DNA of 64,000 bases from Mizuhopecten yessoensis (GCF_002113885.1 NW_018407700.1:1220141-1284140); one strand, 5' to 3'; counted from the stretch's first letter, positions 13,250 through 28,380 are shown. Numbers and translations are program-made. The notes: generated by a model from the sequence alone, not told the origin.

Positions 13250-15025
13250 CCAGACTAGTAAGGTTCTGTTGTACTTCAACAAAAGTGTTTAGACTAACAA
13301 GGTTCTATTGTGTTTAAACAAAGGTATTCAGACTAGCAAGGTTCTATTGTATACAGGTACTTAAGTCTCCGGACTATCGAGGTGCTATTAGTAGTTCAAT
13401 TAAAAGTTCTCAGATTAGCAAGGCCCTATGGTAAACAAACAAAAGTGTTCAGACTAGTAAGGTTCTGTGGTAAACAAACAAAAATAGTTAGACTAACAAG
13501 GCCCTATGGTAAACAAACCAAAGTGTTCAGACTAGTAAGGTTCTGTGGTAAACAAACCAAAGTGTTCAGACTAACAAGGTTCTGTGGTAAACAAACCAAA
13601 ATAGTTAGACTAACAAGGCCCTATGGTAAACAAACCAAAGTGTTCAGACTAGTAAGGTTCTATGATAAACAAACCAAAGTGTTTAGACTAGTAAGGTTCT
13701 ATGGTAAACAAACCAAAGTATTCAGACTAGTAAGGTTCTATGATAAACAAACCAAAGTGGTTAGACTAGTAAGGTTCTATGATAAACAAACCAAAGGGTT
13801 CAGACTAGTAAGGTTCTGTGGTAAACAAACAAAAATAGTTAGACTAACAAGGCCCTATGGTAAACAACCCAAAGTGTTCAGACTAACAAGATTCTGTGGT
13901 AAACAAACCAAAATATCCATACAAACAAGGCCCTATGGTAAACAAACAAAAGTGTTCAGACTAACAAGATTCTGTGGTAAACAAACCAAAATATCCATAC
14001 AAACAAGGCCCTATGGTAAACAAACAAAAGTGTTCAGACTAGTAAGGTTTTGTGGTTAACAAACCAAAGTGTTCAGACTAACAAGATCCTGTGGTAAACA
14101 AACCAAAATATCCATCCAAACAAGGCCCTATGGTAAACAAACCAAAGTCTTCAGACTAGTAAGGTTCTGTGGTAAACAAACCAAAGTGTTTAGACTGGTA
14201 AGGGTCTATGGTAAACAAACCAAAGAGTTTAGACTAACAAGGTTCTATGATAAACAAACCAAAGTGTTTAGACTAACAAGGTTCTGTGGTAAACAAACCA
14301 AAATAGTTAGACTAACAAGGCCCTATGGTAAACAAACCAAAGTGATCAGACTAGTAAGGTTCTGTGGTAAACAAACAAAAATAGTTAGACTAACAAGGAC
14401 CTAGGGTAAACAAACCAAAGTGTTCAGACTAGCAATGTTCTATGATAACCAAACCAAAGTGTTTAGACTAACAAGGTTCTATGATAAACAAACCAAAGTG
14501 GTTAGACTAGTAAGGTTCTATGATAAACAAACCAAAGTGTTTCGACTAGTAAGGTTCTGTGGTAAACAAACCAAAGTGTTCAGACTAGCAATGTTCTATG
14601 ATAACCAAACCAAAGTGTTTAGACTAACAAGGTTCTATGATAAACAAACCAAAGTGTTTAGACTAACAACGTTCTATGGTAAACAAACCAAAGTGTTTAG
14701 ACTGGTAAGGGTCTATGGTAAACAAACCAAAGAGTTTAGACTAACAAGGTTCTATGATAAACAAACCAAAGTTTTCAGACTAGTAAGGTTCTATGATCAA
14801 CAAACCAAAGTTTTCAGACTAGTAAGGTTCTATGATCAACAAACCAAAGTTTTCAGACTAGTAAGGTTCTATGATCAACAAACCAAAGTTTTCAGACTAG
14901 TAAGGTTCTATGATATACAAACCAAAGTGTTTAGACTAGTAAGGTTCTATGATAAACAAACCAAAGTGTTTAGACTAACAAGGTTCTATGGTATACAAAG
15001 TAAAGTGTTCAGATCAGCAAGGTTC
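13250..15025. repeat. 39-bp minisatellite (ggtaaacaaaccaaagtgttcagactagtaaggttctat), about 45 copies with variant subtypes
   Basis: 39-nt periodicity with diverged edge copies. Confidence 0.96.
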
Positions 15026-16029
15026 ATTTATAATATCATCAATGAGACACAAACATTAAATGCAGATGGACACTGATTCACCTGTCAAAGGTCAAATTGG
15101 ACCATCTGATGACCATGCAGGTCATCTGGATTCATACAAACATAGTGCTACATTTTACCCTTTTATAGTTCCAGCCAAAATGTGTCCGTTTGGCTATTTT
15201 TTTTATCTTACTTTGTTTTATGAAATGCAAGTCATAATTATACAAGATATGTGACATTTTTGTCAGTTTTTCACGATCAAAAAGGATTTAAACATGTAAA
15301 CATTTATTTTTGGTTACTGAAATTTTAAATCTACATATATATCATTATCTATGCCTGGTTAATGTTCATCATATAATATGTACAGTAATTTCTATAGCTA
15401 GGATGTGTCTTATTCAAGCTATCAGAACCATTATATAGTTCTATATTGAATTCACATGATGTGTCATTGATTTGGGGACCTATTGCTTCCCTTTCTGAGG
15501 TGGACGAGGACAGGGGAGAGCTTTGATGGGGGCTTATCGACTTTGGAATAAATAAATTGATGATGATGGCTTTTACATTGGTATGAGAGTTGTGACAATT
15601 ACTATTATATGGCTAATTTTTGGGAGGTGTATCAAGCTCATGGATTCTCCCATCTATATTTGGTGGTGAAGGCAATCAAATTTAGAGGTGATTGCATTTT
15701 GTGATCAATCATTACGTGTGCTTGGTTGTGTGTCTGGAATCAATCATTATATTATGCGTATGTTATACATTGACTGCTGATTTCTGTACAGTAGCGATAT
15801 CTCTGTAAAGTACAGGCTTGTGGGTTATATCTCTATGTAATACTACAATGTTCTTGCCAGGGATAGTGTAACGCAAAAACTGTCATCTTTTCATCTCATG
15901 ATCATCAAGTCCTAACCAGTTACCAGTATTTCTTGGTTTAGGTCAGCTTCATGTGAAATGTACAATTACCATGAGATAACAGGATAATAAAGGATAGTTT
16001 GGAGTATGAGAGATTGTTAGGCTGTATCT

Positions 16030-17317
16030 GTTATAATATTAATGTTTATAGTTATAATATTAATGTTTATAGTTATAATGTTAATGGTTATAGTTATAAT
16101 GTTAATGGTTATAGTTATAATATTAATGGTTATAGTTATAATATTAATGCTTATAGTTATAATATTAATGTTTATAGTTATAATGTTAATGTTTATAGTT
16201 ATAATATTAATGTTTATAGTTATAATATTAATGTTTATAGTTATAATATTAATGTTTATAGTTATAATATTAATGTTTATAGTTATAATATTAATGTTTA
16301 TAGTTATAATATTAATGTTTATAGTTATAATATTAATGTTTATAGTTATAATATTAATGTTTATAGTTATAATATTAATGTTTATAGTTATAATATTAAT
16401 GTTTATAGTTATAATATTAATGTTTATAGTTATAATATTAATGTTTATAGTTATAATATTAATGTTTATAGTTATAATATTAATGTTTATAGTTATAATA
16501 TTAATGTTTATAGTTATAATATTAATGTTTATAGTTATAATATTAATGTTTATAGTTATAATATTAATGTTTATAGTTATAATATTAATGTTTATAGTTA
16601 TAATATTAATGTTTATAGTTATAATATTAATGTTTATAGTTATAATATTAATGGTTATAGTTATAATATTAATGTTTATAGTTATAATATTAATGTTTAT
16701 AGTTATAATATTAATGTTTATAGTTATAATATTAATGTTTATAGTTATAATATTAATGTTTATAGTTATAATATTAATGTTTATAGTTATAATATTAATG
16801 TTTATAGTTATAATATTAATGTTTATAGTTATAATATTAATGTTTATAGTTATAATATTAATGTTTATAGTTATAATATTAATGTTTATAGTTATAATAT
16901 TAATGTTTATAGTTATAATATTAATGTTTATAGTTATAATATTAATGTTTATAGTTATAATATTAATGTTTATAGTTATAATATTAATGTTTATAGTTAT
17001 AATATTAATGTTTATAGTTATAATATTAATGTTTATAGTTATAATATTAATGTTTATAGTTATAATATTAATGTTTATAGTTATAATATTAATGTTTATA
17101 GTTATAATATTAATGTTTATAGTTATAATATTAATGGTTATAGTTATAATATTAATGTTTATAGTTATAATATTAATGTTTATAGTTATAATATTAATGT
17201 TTATAGTTATAATATTAATGCTTATAGTTATAATATTAATGTTTATAGTTATAATATTAATGCTTATAGTTATAATATTAATGTTTATAGTTATAATATT
17301 AATGTTTATAGTTATAA
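16030..17317. repeat. 21-bp AT-rich minisatellite (ttataatattaatgtttatag), about 61 nearly identical copies
   Basis: Very homogeneous array. Confidence 0.98.
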
Positions 17318-19149
17318 ACTTTCTAAACAGTTTTTAATCACAGTGAGGATTACAAGACATAAATGGCATTTAATCTAAATTGATATTCAATCACTTAGAA
17401 AGTTTTAAAATATAAAATTCAACTTGATTTTATTCAAAAGTATGTTTTCCTTGGAAAGGCAGGGGACCCTTAATTATAAGATTTAAGCTAAAGTTTGTCA
17501 AGTTTGTGTTACTGGGTACTGGTGTAAGGGACCATTAATGTATTTTAGTCTATCATTTTGTTTGGTTCATGACATCTGTTTGCTGAGTGGTCAGTGATTG
17601 TTGTTAAGATGTTTTAAGACATCGTGTGGGTTATAAGCATTCCATTTGCCAAAGAATTCCAAAAATTGTACAAAAATTATGATGTCCTGTTAATTAAGGA
17701 CAATGTTGGTTGTTATAATTTATTTCAATTGTTGTTGAATGTATTTATTAAAAGAAAATTAAAATCATTTTAAACAATGTTTTTTGTTTATTGTTTGTTG
17801 ATGATATATATATATATGTATATATATGTGTATCTCAGGAGCTTGACTCCTAACCTCAATGAAGGCACCAAATACATAGTTACATACTTAAGGAAAAAAA
17901 ACCCAGATTTTAGGAGTAATTGACAAGTATTAAAGCCACACATCACGATTCTTTGTAGTTATCTCGCCTTACATTTGTTTTTGATGTCCTACTTTTAGCA
18001 TACATGCCAGAACTCACGGCGTGAGGCAACATCTTACGGATTTTCACCTCCGAAAAAGCTTCACGGACATGAATTTATGGAAAATCCTCAAACCCTCACG
18101 TTTTTAATGATCTATCGGTGAACCATTTTCCTGAATTCTTACAATATTCTACAATGTTTTCAGGGGAAAATCATGAGAGCTCTCGAGTAGCGGTCATGTG
18201 ATTTGTCATGTGATCGAAGGGCTCTTCCAATAACTTCCGGAATATTTAGCTGGTCGAAATGGCCAGGTTGAAATTGTGAGTTGATTTCGGTGTCTTTTAC
18301 AATAAGTAATCTATCTGAACAATCAAAATAAATTCATAAAAAAGATTTAGTGTGATCCTTTCTTATTGTTGCCGTAAATTTCCGTGATACTACAGAATGC
18401 CTGACATTCTTAGTCTTAACCACTGCGCGACATGCACCGTTAGCTTCAGCATCAAAATTTCCCGTGAAGTTGATACCTCACACTGTCAGTAGAATTAGCA
18501 CAAAACATGTTTTCTGTCATGTTTGTAAGGTTAGTTCATTGCTAGAAACTTTGATAAATACGATATCCGGCTAAGTGTTTCTTTACAAATATAATTTCAA
18601 TACGAAAGTAAAGAGAACGACCAGTAAATATATAAGGGGCATGTCATGAAGAAGATGGAAAAAGTCTTTGTTCTGAATGCTGAAATATGTAATTTAAAAG
18701 TTCAAATACTGAACACAGTTTTCTTAACTTTCACAGCTGATTATTTCTGCCCTCTTGTTAAATGCATGTTTCAACATTCCGTTACATTATTAAGAAGTTC
18801 AAATGTAAATGAACATAGACAACTATTATCCTTATTTTTACAAACCCATCCAAATACATAGTTCAAAGTTTAAACTGAACATCAGTATTACTGTGGCTGC
18901 TGTGAATAGTGGCTTGTCCAATTAAATTTCGAAATTTAAAGTAAAATCTGCTTCTTCAGTATATCTCAACTATGATATATTTTGTTTTGTTAACTTTGTG
19001 CTATTAAATGTATATAATCATATTCAATTTATAAAAAAAAACACCTGCCAAAGTCAAAACAAAGTTTCTTACTTAAAGATTTTCTGCTTTATTTCATTAA
19101 TTAAGTTGAGTAAGATAGTCTTTTTGCTGTGATTAGCAGTAGTGTATGC

Positions 19150-19560
19150 CACACATCTCACAGGTCTATGTAATTATCTCCCCTTACTGATTTTAATATC
19201 CTGATTATACACAATTTAAGGTGTACCGTATGACAAGTACTATAGCTGAACATCTTACCTTTCCATGTAATTATCTCCCCTTACAGATTTTGAGATCTTA
19301 CTTTTACAGAATTTTCCGAATATGACAAAAACATTAGCCATACATCTCACACTTCTATGATGTTATCTCACCTTAATGATTTTAATATCCTGATTTTACA
19401 TAATTTAAGGTGTATGACAAGTATTATAGCTGAACATGTTACCTTTCCATGTAATTATCTCCCTTTACAGATTTTAATATCCTACTTTTACAGAATTTTA
19501 GGAGTATACTAGAAGTTTAGATACTCGATCATCTCACACATTATATCTCCCCACACAGAC
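19150..19560. repeat. Diverged repeat of about 90 bp (dimer of about 180 bp) containing ttatctcccctta; related copy at about 17880-17998
   Basis: catct(c/t)ac...atgtaattatctcccct(t)tacagatttt recurs 5 times. Confidence 0.75.
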
Positions 19561-19889
19561 CTTTACATCTTTACATCTACACCTTTGGTTTAATTTGTTT
19601 GCTATTTTTATGATATCTGAAAAAGTCTGGTTTTATTTTGTCACTTAAGGCATAAACAACATACCGGTATGTGTTTGTTTTAATCATTTAACATACAGAA
19701 TTGTAAGGAGGATGAGATTAAATTATATATATATATTGTCACTCTTACATCGACTAACATAATCGTTCCATTTTGGCTTTAAATTCTTTGGGAATTTTAC
19801 CCCCAATCTCTTAAATAGATTATTACTTCACTTTATCTGTAGCTAGTTTTCTCATGGTAAATCTAACAGATATATTCTCTGGGGTGGCT

Positions 19890-20225
19890 ATGAGTTTAGT
19901 CGCTTCTCTGGATTCCTCCAGAGTCTAGTGACTTCTCTTGCCTTCTTCGGAGTCTAGCGTTTCCAATTCATAGTCTTTTATAGCTTCTCCATGGATATTA
20001 GGAGTCTAGTTGCTTCTCTGGATTCCTCCAGAGTCTAGTGACTTCTCTTGCCTTCTTCGAAGTCTAGCGTTTCCAATTTATAGTCTTTTATAGCTTCTCC
20101 ATGGATAATAGGAGTCTAGTCGCTTCTCTGGAGTCGTTCAGAGTCTAGCTGCTTCTCTTGTTTTCTTTGGAGTCTAGCTCGCGTTCTTTATCAAGTTTCT
20201 CTGTGACTTCGCAGAGTCTAGCTTC
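19890..20225. repeat. Higher-order repeat of about 123 bp built from 30-bp gagtctag...cttctct subunits
   Basis: Two near-identical blocks plus partial copies. Confidence 0.85.
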
Positions 20226-21059
20226 CTTTAAAATCTTTTGAAAAGAATTTGTTACTATTAGTAGGTTTGTTATAGAGTGAGTAGCCCCTGATACGCCAAA
20301 TGTTTGTAGTAGGTTTTAGTACTTGTTCTTTGCTTGCACATACATATCTGTGTGTTAACTCCAGTAATAAACAGGTTAACTCTTTCATTGTGTGAAGTTA
20401 TGTATAAATTGTCATGTGATGGTTCATTTACATTTCACCAACACCTCAAGCACTGCTGATTTTACACTTTCTTAAAAAAAGGTTTCGATGTTTGTGAAAT
20501 TGAGTAGAAATGCACTTGTGTGCATGTACTCTCATTTAAAAAACGTAAACTGGGCATAGACTTGTAACGAACAAATTACTTGTAAAATTGACAATACCAG
20601 GAGGCTAAAATATATTCCTGGTGATAATCATGTCGGTTTTAATCATCACGTTTATGTAGGGAAGGTGTCATCATTTTAATTTGTGCCACATTCTTAAAAC
20701 TTAATTGAATATTGATTTTCATATTCAGTGTATGACATTTAATACAAACAAAAAATATGGATTTTATTTTTGATAAATGACACTTGCCTAGCTAACCTTC
20801 ATTAATTAAATATAGATTTAATATTCATACTGGTTTTAAGAAGTATGTTACTTAACTGAGTGATACTCTAAACCCACCTCTGATCAAACTGTCAGGACCA
20901 CATATACCTGAATCATTACTTGGAAATCATTTATGGAGATTAAACGTCTTTATTGTGCAGGTTTCTATTGTGTGTGTTCTCAAAACTATGCACTTTGTAA
21001 TCTATAACTTGATTATTTGTTAAAAACTGATGTTAGTGTTGGAAACTGTCAGGACCAAT

Positions 21060-24000
21060 AAATCTGACATACTGAAACTGACATGGATTAACAACAGACA
21101 AACCNCAAACAGAAACGGACAAAGACGAGCAACTGACATACAGAAACTGACATGAACTTAAAAGTGACATACATCGTACAGAAACTGACAAGGACTAACA
21201 ACTGACATACAGAAACAGATGTGGACTAGCAACTGTCATACGGAAACTGACATGGACTAAAAAGTGACATACAGAAACAGATGTGGACTAACAACTGTCA
21301 TACAGAAACTGACATGGACTAACAACTGACATATATACTGAAACTGACATGGATTAACAACAGACAAACCGAAACTGACATGGACTAAAAACTGACATAC
21401 ATTGTACAGAAACTGACATGGACTAACACTAACAACTGACATACATTGTACAGAAACTGACATGGACTAACAACTGACATACATCGTACAGAACCTGACA
21501 CGGACTAACAACTGACATACATCGTACAGAAACTGACATGGACTAACAACTGATAACAGAAACAGATGTGGACTAGCAACTGTCATACAGAAACTGACAT
21601 GGACTAACAACTGACATACAGAAACTGACACGGACTAACATCTGTCATACAGAAACTGACAAGGACTAACAACTGACACACAGAAACTGACTTGGACTAA
21701 CAACTGTCATACAGAAACTGACATGGACTAACAATTGACATACATCGTACAGAACCTGACACGGACTAACAACTGACATACATCATACAGAAACTGACTT
21801 GGACTAACAACTGATAACAGAAACAGATGTGGACTAGCAACTGTCATACAGAAACTGACATGGACTAACAACTGACATACAGAAACTGACACAGACTAAC
21901 AACTGACATACAGAAACTGACACAGACTAACAACTGACATACAGAAACTGACACGGACTAACAACTGACATACATCGTACAGAAACTGACATGGACTAAA
22001 AGCTGACATACAGAAACTGACATTGACTAACAACTGACACACAGAAACTGACACGGACTAACAACTGACATACAGAAACTGACACGGACTAACATCTGTC
22101 ATACAGAAACTGACAAGGACTAACAACCGACACACAGAAACTGACTTGGACTAACAACTGTCATACAGAAACTGACATGGACTAAAAAGTGACATACATC
22201 GTACAGAAACTGACAAGGACTAACAAACGACATACAGAAACAGATGTGGACTAACAACTGACATACAGAAACAGATGTGGACTAGCAACTGACATACAGA
22301 AACTGACATGGACTAACATGTGTCATACAGAAACTGACAAGGACTAACAACTGACACACAGAAACTGACTTGGACTAACAACTGTCATACAGAAACTGAC
22401 ATGGACTAACAACTGACATACATCGTACAGAAACTGACACGGACTAACAACTGACATACATCGTACAGAAACTGACATGGACTAACAACTGATAACAGAA
22501 ACAGATGTGGACTAGCAACTGTCACACAGAAACTGACAAGGACTAATAACTGTCATACAGAAACTGACATAGACTAACAACTGACACACAGAAACTGACA
22601 CGGACTAACATCTGTCATACAGAAACTGACATGGACTAACAACTGACACACAGAAACTGACTTTGACTAACAACTGTCATACAGAAACTGACATGGACTA
22701 ACAACTGACATACATCGTACAGAAACTGACACGGACTAACAACTGACATACATCGTACAGAAACTGACATGGACTAAAAACTGACATACAGAAACTGACA
22801 TGGACTAACAACTGACACACAGAAACTGACTTTGACTAACAACTGTCATACAGAAACTGACATGGACTAACAACTGACATACATCGTACAGAAACTGACA
22901 CGGACTAACAACTGACATACATCGTACAGAAACTGACATGGACTAAAAACTGACATACAGAAACTGACATTGACTAACAACTGACACACAGAAACTGACA
23001 CGGACTAACAACTGACATACATCGTACAGAAACTGACGTGGACTAACAACTGACATACAGAAACTGACGTGGACTAAAAACTGACATACAGAAACTGAGG
23101 TGGACTAGCAACTGACACACAGAAACTGACGTGGACTAACAACTGACACACATGGACTAACAATTGACATACATCGTACAGAACCTGACACGGACTAACA
23201 ACTGACATACATCATACAGAAACTGACATGGACTAACATGTGTCATACAGAAACTGACAAGGACTAACAACTGTCGTACAGAAACTGACACAGACTAACA
23301 ACTGACATGCAGAAACTGACATGGACTAACAACTGGCATACAGAAACTGACATGGACTAAAAGGTGACATACATCGTCCAGAAACTGACACGGACTAACA
23401 ACTAACATACATCGTACAGAAACTGACACTGACTAACAACTGACATACATCGTACAGAAACTGACATAGACTAACAACTGACATACATCGTACAGAGACT
23501 GACGTGGACTAACAGCTGACATACAGAAACTGACGTGGACTAAAAACTGACATACAGAAACTGACATTGACTAACAACTGACACACAGAAACTGACACGG
23601 ACTAACAACTAACATACATCGTACAGAAACTGACACTGACTAACAACTGACATACATCGTACAGATACTGACACGGACTAACAACTGACATCCAGAAACT
23701 GACATGGACTAACAACTTGACACGGACTAACAACTGACATCCAGAAACTGACATGGACTAACAACTTGACACGGACTAACAACTGACATACATCGCACAG
23801 AAACTGACATGGACTAACAAGTGTCATACACTGACAAGGACTAACAACTGACACACAGAAACTGACACGGACTAACAACCGACATACATCGTACAGAAAC
23901 TGACACTGACTAACAACTGACATACATCGTACACAAACTGACACGGACTAACAACTGACATACATCTAACAGAAACTGACATGGACTAACAACTTGACAC

Positions 24001-25835
24001 GGACTAACAACTGACATCCAGAAACTGACATGGACTAACAACTGACATACATAGTACAGAAACTGACACGGACTTACAATTGACATACAGAAACTGACAC
24101 GGACTAACACCTGACATACATCGTACAGAAACTGACTTGGACTAACAACTGGCATACAGAAACTGACATGGACTAAAAGGTGACATACATCGTCCAGAAA
24201 CTGACACGGACTAACAACTAACATACAGACACTGACACAGACTAACAACTGACATGCAGAAACTGACATGGACTAACAACTGGCATACAGAAACAGATAT
24301 GGACTAGCAACTGACATACAGAAACAGATGTGGACTAGAAACTGACATACATTGTACAGAAACTGACACGGACTAACAACTAACATACATCGTACAGAAA
24401 CTGACACGGCCTAACAACTGACATACAGAAACTGACATTGACTAACAACTGACATACAGAAACTGACATTGACTAACAACTGTCATACAGAAACTGACAC
24501 GGACTACTGACATACAGAAACTGACATGGACTTACAACTGACATACAGAAACTGACACAGACTCACAACTGACATAAAGAAACAGATGTGGACTAGCAAC
24601 TGTCATACAGAAACTGACATGGACTAAAAGGTGACATACATCGTGCAGAAACTGACACGGACTAACAACTAACATACAGACACTGACACAGACTAACAAC
24701 TGACATAAAGAAACAGATGTGGACTAGCAACTGACATACCTTGTACAGAAAATGACATGGACTAACAACTGACATACAACATACAGAAACTGACATGGAC
24801 TAACACTAACAACTGACATACATTGTACAGAAAATGACAAGCACTAACAACTTACATACATCCTACAGAAACTGACATGGACTAACAACTGATAACAGAA
24901 ACAGATGTGGACTAGCAACTGACATACCTTGTACAGAAAATGACATGGACTAACAACTGACATACATCTTACAGAAACTGACATAGACTAACAACTAACA
25001 TACATCTGACAGAAACTGACGTGGACTAACAACTGACTTACAGAAACTGACATGGACTAGCAACTGACATACATCGTACGGAAACTGACATGGACTAACA
25101 ACTGATATACAGAAACTGACACGGACTAACATCTGTCATACGGAAACTGACAAGGACTAACAACTGACACACAGGACTAAAAACTGACATACAGAAACTG
25201 ACACAGACTAACATGGATTAACAACAGACAAACCGAAACTGACATGGACTAAAAACTGACATACAGAAACTGACATTGACTAACAACTGACATACAGAAA
25301 CTGACACAGACTAACAACTGACATACATTGTACAGAAAATGACAAGGACTAACAACTTACATACATCATACAGAAACTGACATGGACTAACAACTGACAT
25401 ACAGAAACTGACACGGACTAACAACTGACATACAGAAACTGACATGGACTAGCAACTGTCATACAGAAACTGACACGGACTAACAACTGACATACAGAAA
25501 CAGATGTGGACTAGCAACTGTCATACAGAAACTGACACGGACTAACAACTGACATACAGAAACTGACACGGACTAACAACTGTCGTACAGAAACTGACAC
25601 AGACTAACAACTGACATACAGAAACTGACATGGACTAACAACTGACATACAGAAACTGACATGGACTAACAACTGACATACAGAAACAGATGTGGACTAG
25701 CAACTGTCATACAGAAACTGACAAGGACTAGCAACTGTCATACAGAAACTGACATGGACTAAAAAGTGACATACATCATACAGAAACTGACATGGACTAA
25801 CAACTGTCATACTGAAACTGTCATGGACTTACTAC
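21060..25835. repeat. 4.8-kb AC-rich minisatellite with 31- and 38-bp variants (acagaaactgacatggactaacaactgacat[acatcgt])
   Basis: Direct inspection; strong strand asymmetry. Confidence 0.97.
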
Positions 25836-27094
25836 TGACATTCATTGTAAAAATTTTTTTTAAATGTTAAAATTCATTAAAACAAATTAATTAATATTAA
25901 AAGTTTTTCTATGTATAGACATCATTTCAGTTGACTAGAGAAGTAATATTTATAGATAAATTGGTTGTTCTGATACCAGGCTATCTAAGAATCTCATGGC
26001 TGTTTAATGTGTACTTTTAAGGTCGACCCCCTACACCTCCATAACTGTACCACTGACATGCATTATGCATGTATAACCATCCATAACTACTCACAAAGAT
26101 CGTACTTTGGGTCGACACTATGGATGAAATAATGTTCCAGTGTCAGAAAGATGATTATAAGGGGATATGTGTAATGCCCAAGCAACATGCAATGGGGAGT
26201 CTCACACCTTCATCAAACTCGATCCTCACTTCTAGGCCTCATCAGCTTTTACTGGAAGTTTAAAACCTTTAACAAAATGAAGAAAAGATCATTTTGACCT
26301 ATTTCTTGATAGAAGTCATATAATATTTCTGATTAAAACTTGATGTATCACCGCCTTTAAGCTGATCATGATCTGGTTACAGCTGTAGGTGTGAACTAGA
26401 CAAATGTATGATGGGATTATAGAAATGCTGTTGCTCCTAATCGTACATTGGGTGACTAGCGTGAGAGATTAAGTACCTTGGAGTCGGTAACTAACGCTAC
26501 TTAATTCTTCAGTTATTTATTCATAAAAGAGGAGAAGATTTCTGGATGCCTTGTCACACAGAGGTATCTGTCTCCCCGATCCTAGTGAATAAGACATGAA
26601 TAAGTCATGAGGTGGCGCCGCTAGAGGATATTGAGACACAGGAATATGGTGCATACAGACTATATACAAGTGTACCATTTAAGTACACCTGGGAAACTGA
26701 TCATTGTTTGAAGTAGTCTTTATCATTTTAGCAGTCTTAATCAGAAGTATTGCCATTTATACTGGTCGCTGATTTGTTGTCCAACTTTTTAAAATTTTTG
26801 TTATCAAGATCTCTCAGAATTATGTGAAAGACTATATAGATAAAGTCTTTCTTTTAGCAGGGAGGGGGATCCTTTAGTATAATATAATAAAGTTACTTTA
26901 ATTTTCAAATGTTTGGATTTGTTTTTTAGGAATTGTGTGTATGATGTTGCTGTATGAATTAATTAAAACCAAGTAGAGTAGGAGATATATACACCGGGCA
27001 CTGTGATTGGACTGATTGATGGTGATGCTGGAACCAAGCAGTCTTATCTTACTAGAAAGTGAATTATTACCAGCTTTATAGAGACGATCAGACA

Positions 27095-27372
27095 TGTTTT
27101 TGTGAGAGTTGATAAGCATGGATTTTGAGAGAAAAGTGAAGTACGGTTTTATGAGGGATTATAAGTGGATTTTATTTTGAGAGATGAAAAGCTCTGTTTT
27201 TGTGAGAGTTTATAAGCATGGATTTTGTGAGAGATGAAAAGCTTGTATTTTTTTTGTGATAGTTGATAGGCATGGATTTTGTGAGAAATGAAAAGGATGT
27301 TTTTGTGAGAGTAGATAAACATAGATCTTGTAAGAGTTTCTGTGAGAAAGAAAAGAATGAATTTTTTGTGAG
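27095..27372. repeat. Degenerate tandem repeat of about 50 bp (ttttgtgagagttgataagcatggattttgtgagagatgaaaag)
   Basis: About 5 diverged copies. Confidence 0.75.
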
Positions 27373-28380
27373 AGGTCGATAGTTATGGAGATTCAGGGCT
27401 TTGCAGAAATCCAAAATGTTGATACTTGTTCTGAAAGTGACTTGCAGGGACTTGCCTGGTCTGAAACATTAACCTAATTTGATTGAGTTAACTAGAAAAT
27501 AATTAGGTTTTAGTCTCCCTACAGTTCCAGCCAAATACGGGATGCCTTGGGTTATTGGCAGTGGACTCTGATATGTGATAGAGTTCTTTCGTATATTGAA
27601 ACCAAAATTGTCTTCTAAATTGTACAGAGTACCTCAATACTATACGACTATAAGACATAGGATCATGTCAAGGTTGTGTACGTAACCTAATGTAAAAAGT
27701 CATTTATTCGTGAGCGTGATGGTTACTGACAAGTTGTAGGATTCATGACACTAACAACTCCATTACGTTGAAGATTTGTCTTAATTACCATGCCTCCAAA
27801 CTCATGAAATGGACCTTCAGTTCCAATACTGACAGAAGTATTGACGTTCTGTACACGGTTTTTGTGGCAGCATTACTGTGACCAAATACTGTTATTTACC
27901 ATCTAAATTGGTAATGAACAGCCCCACTGGGTTTCATCGACTCAAATCCTGCCATTAGCATTTTACATCAAGATAGGGAAATCCCAATTATTTTTAATTT
28001 CAAATTGTCTGTTTTTCAAGAATCAAAGGGAACATATTTGGAAGGAATCTAGATGAAAATATAAATAGAAGGAGACATCTTGTTTTACGAACATTTGTGT
28101 AACCCATTAGGAAGGAAGACCATCTGTCTATGTTGATGAAAATGGACCTGGTGAGTGGTAGCACTAAAGGTCACATCCTGTTGGCCATTGATGGGGGCTG
28201 AATTTTAGCAAAGACAAGAGTCATGTCCCTTGACAAGTGTATTTCCTGTGTCCGTACCATCATCAGTCACTGGTATATCATTGGACTGTGCAGCTGGAGG
28301 TTGTCAAGGGTACAGTACAGGTGCAAGGGTGTCTGGAGAAAGATGCCTGGAGACATGGAATACGCAGGTTCCCGTTGTTG

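Noticed and set aside
13382-15076. Basic repetitive ORFs (GKQTKVFRLVRFY)
   Set aside because: 39-bp tandem repeat with scattered stops and non-ATG starts; no evidence of coding constraint.
15999-17378. 459-aa and 431-aa ORFs (YSYNINV and MFIVIIL repeats)
   Set aside because: Artefacts of a 21-bp AT-rich satellite.
21257-24269. Cys/Val-rich ORFs on the - strand
   Set aside because: They lie inside the 31/38-bp satellite.
25975-26240. Possible SINE remnant on the - strand
   Set aside because: No convincing A/B boxes, tail or TSD could be identified by eye.
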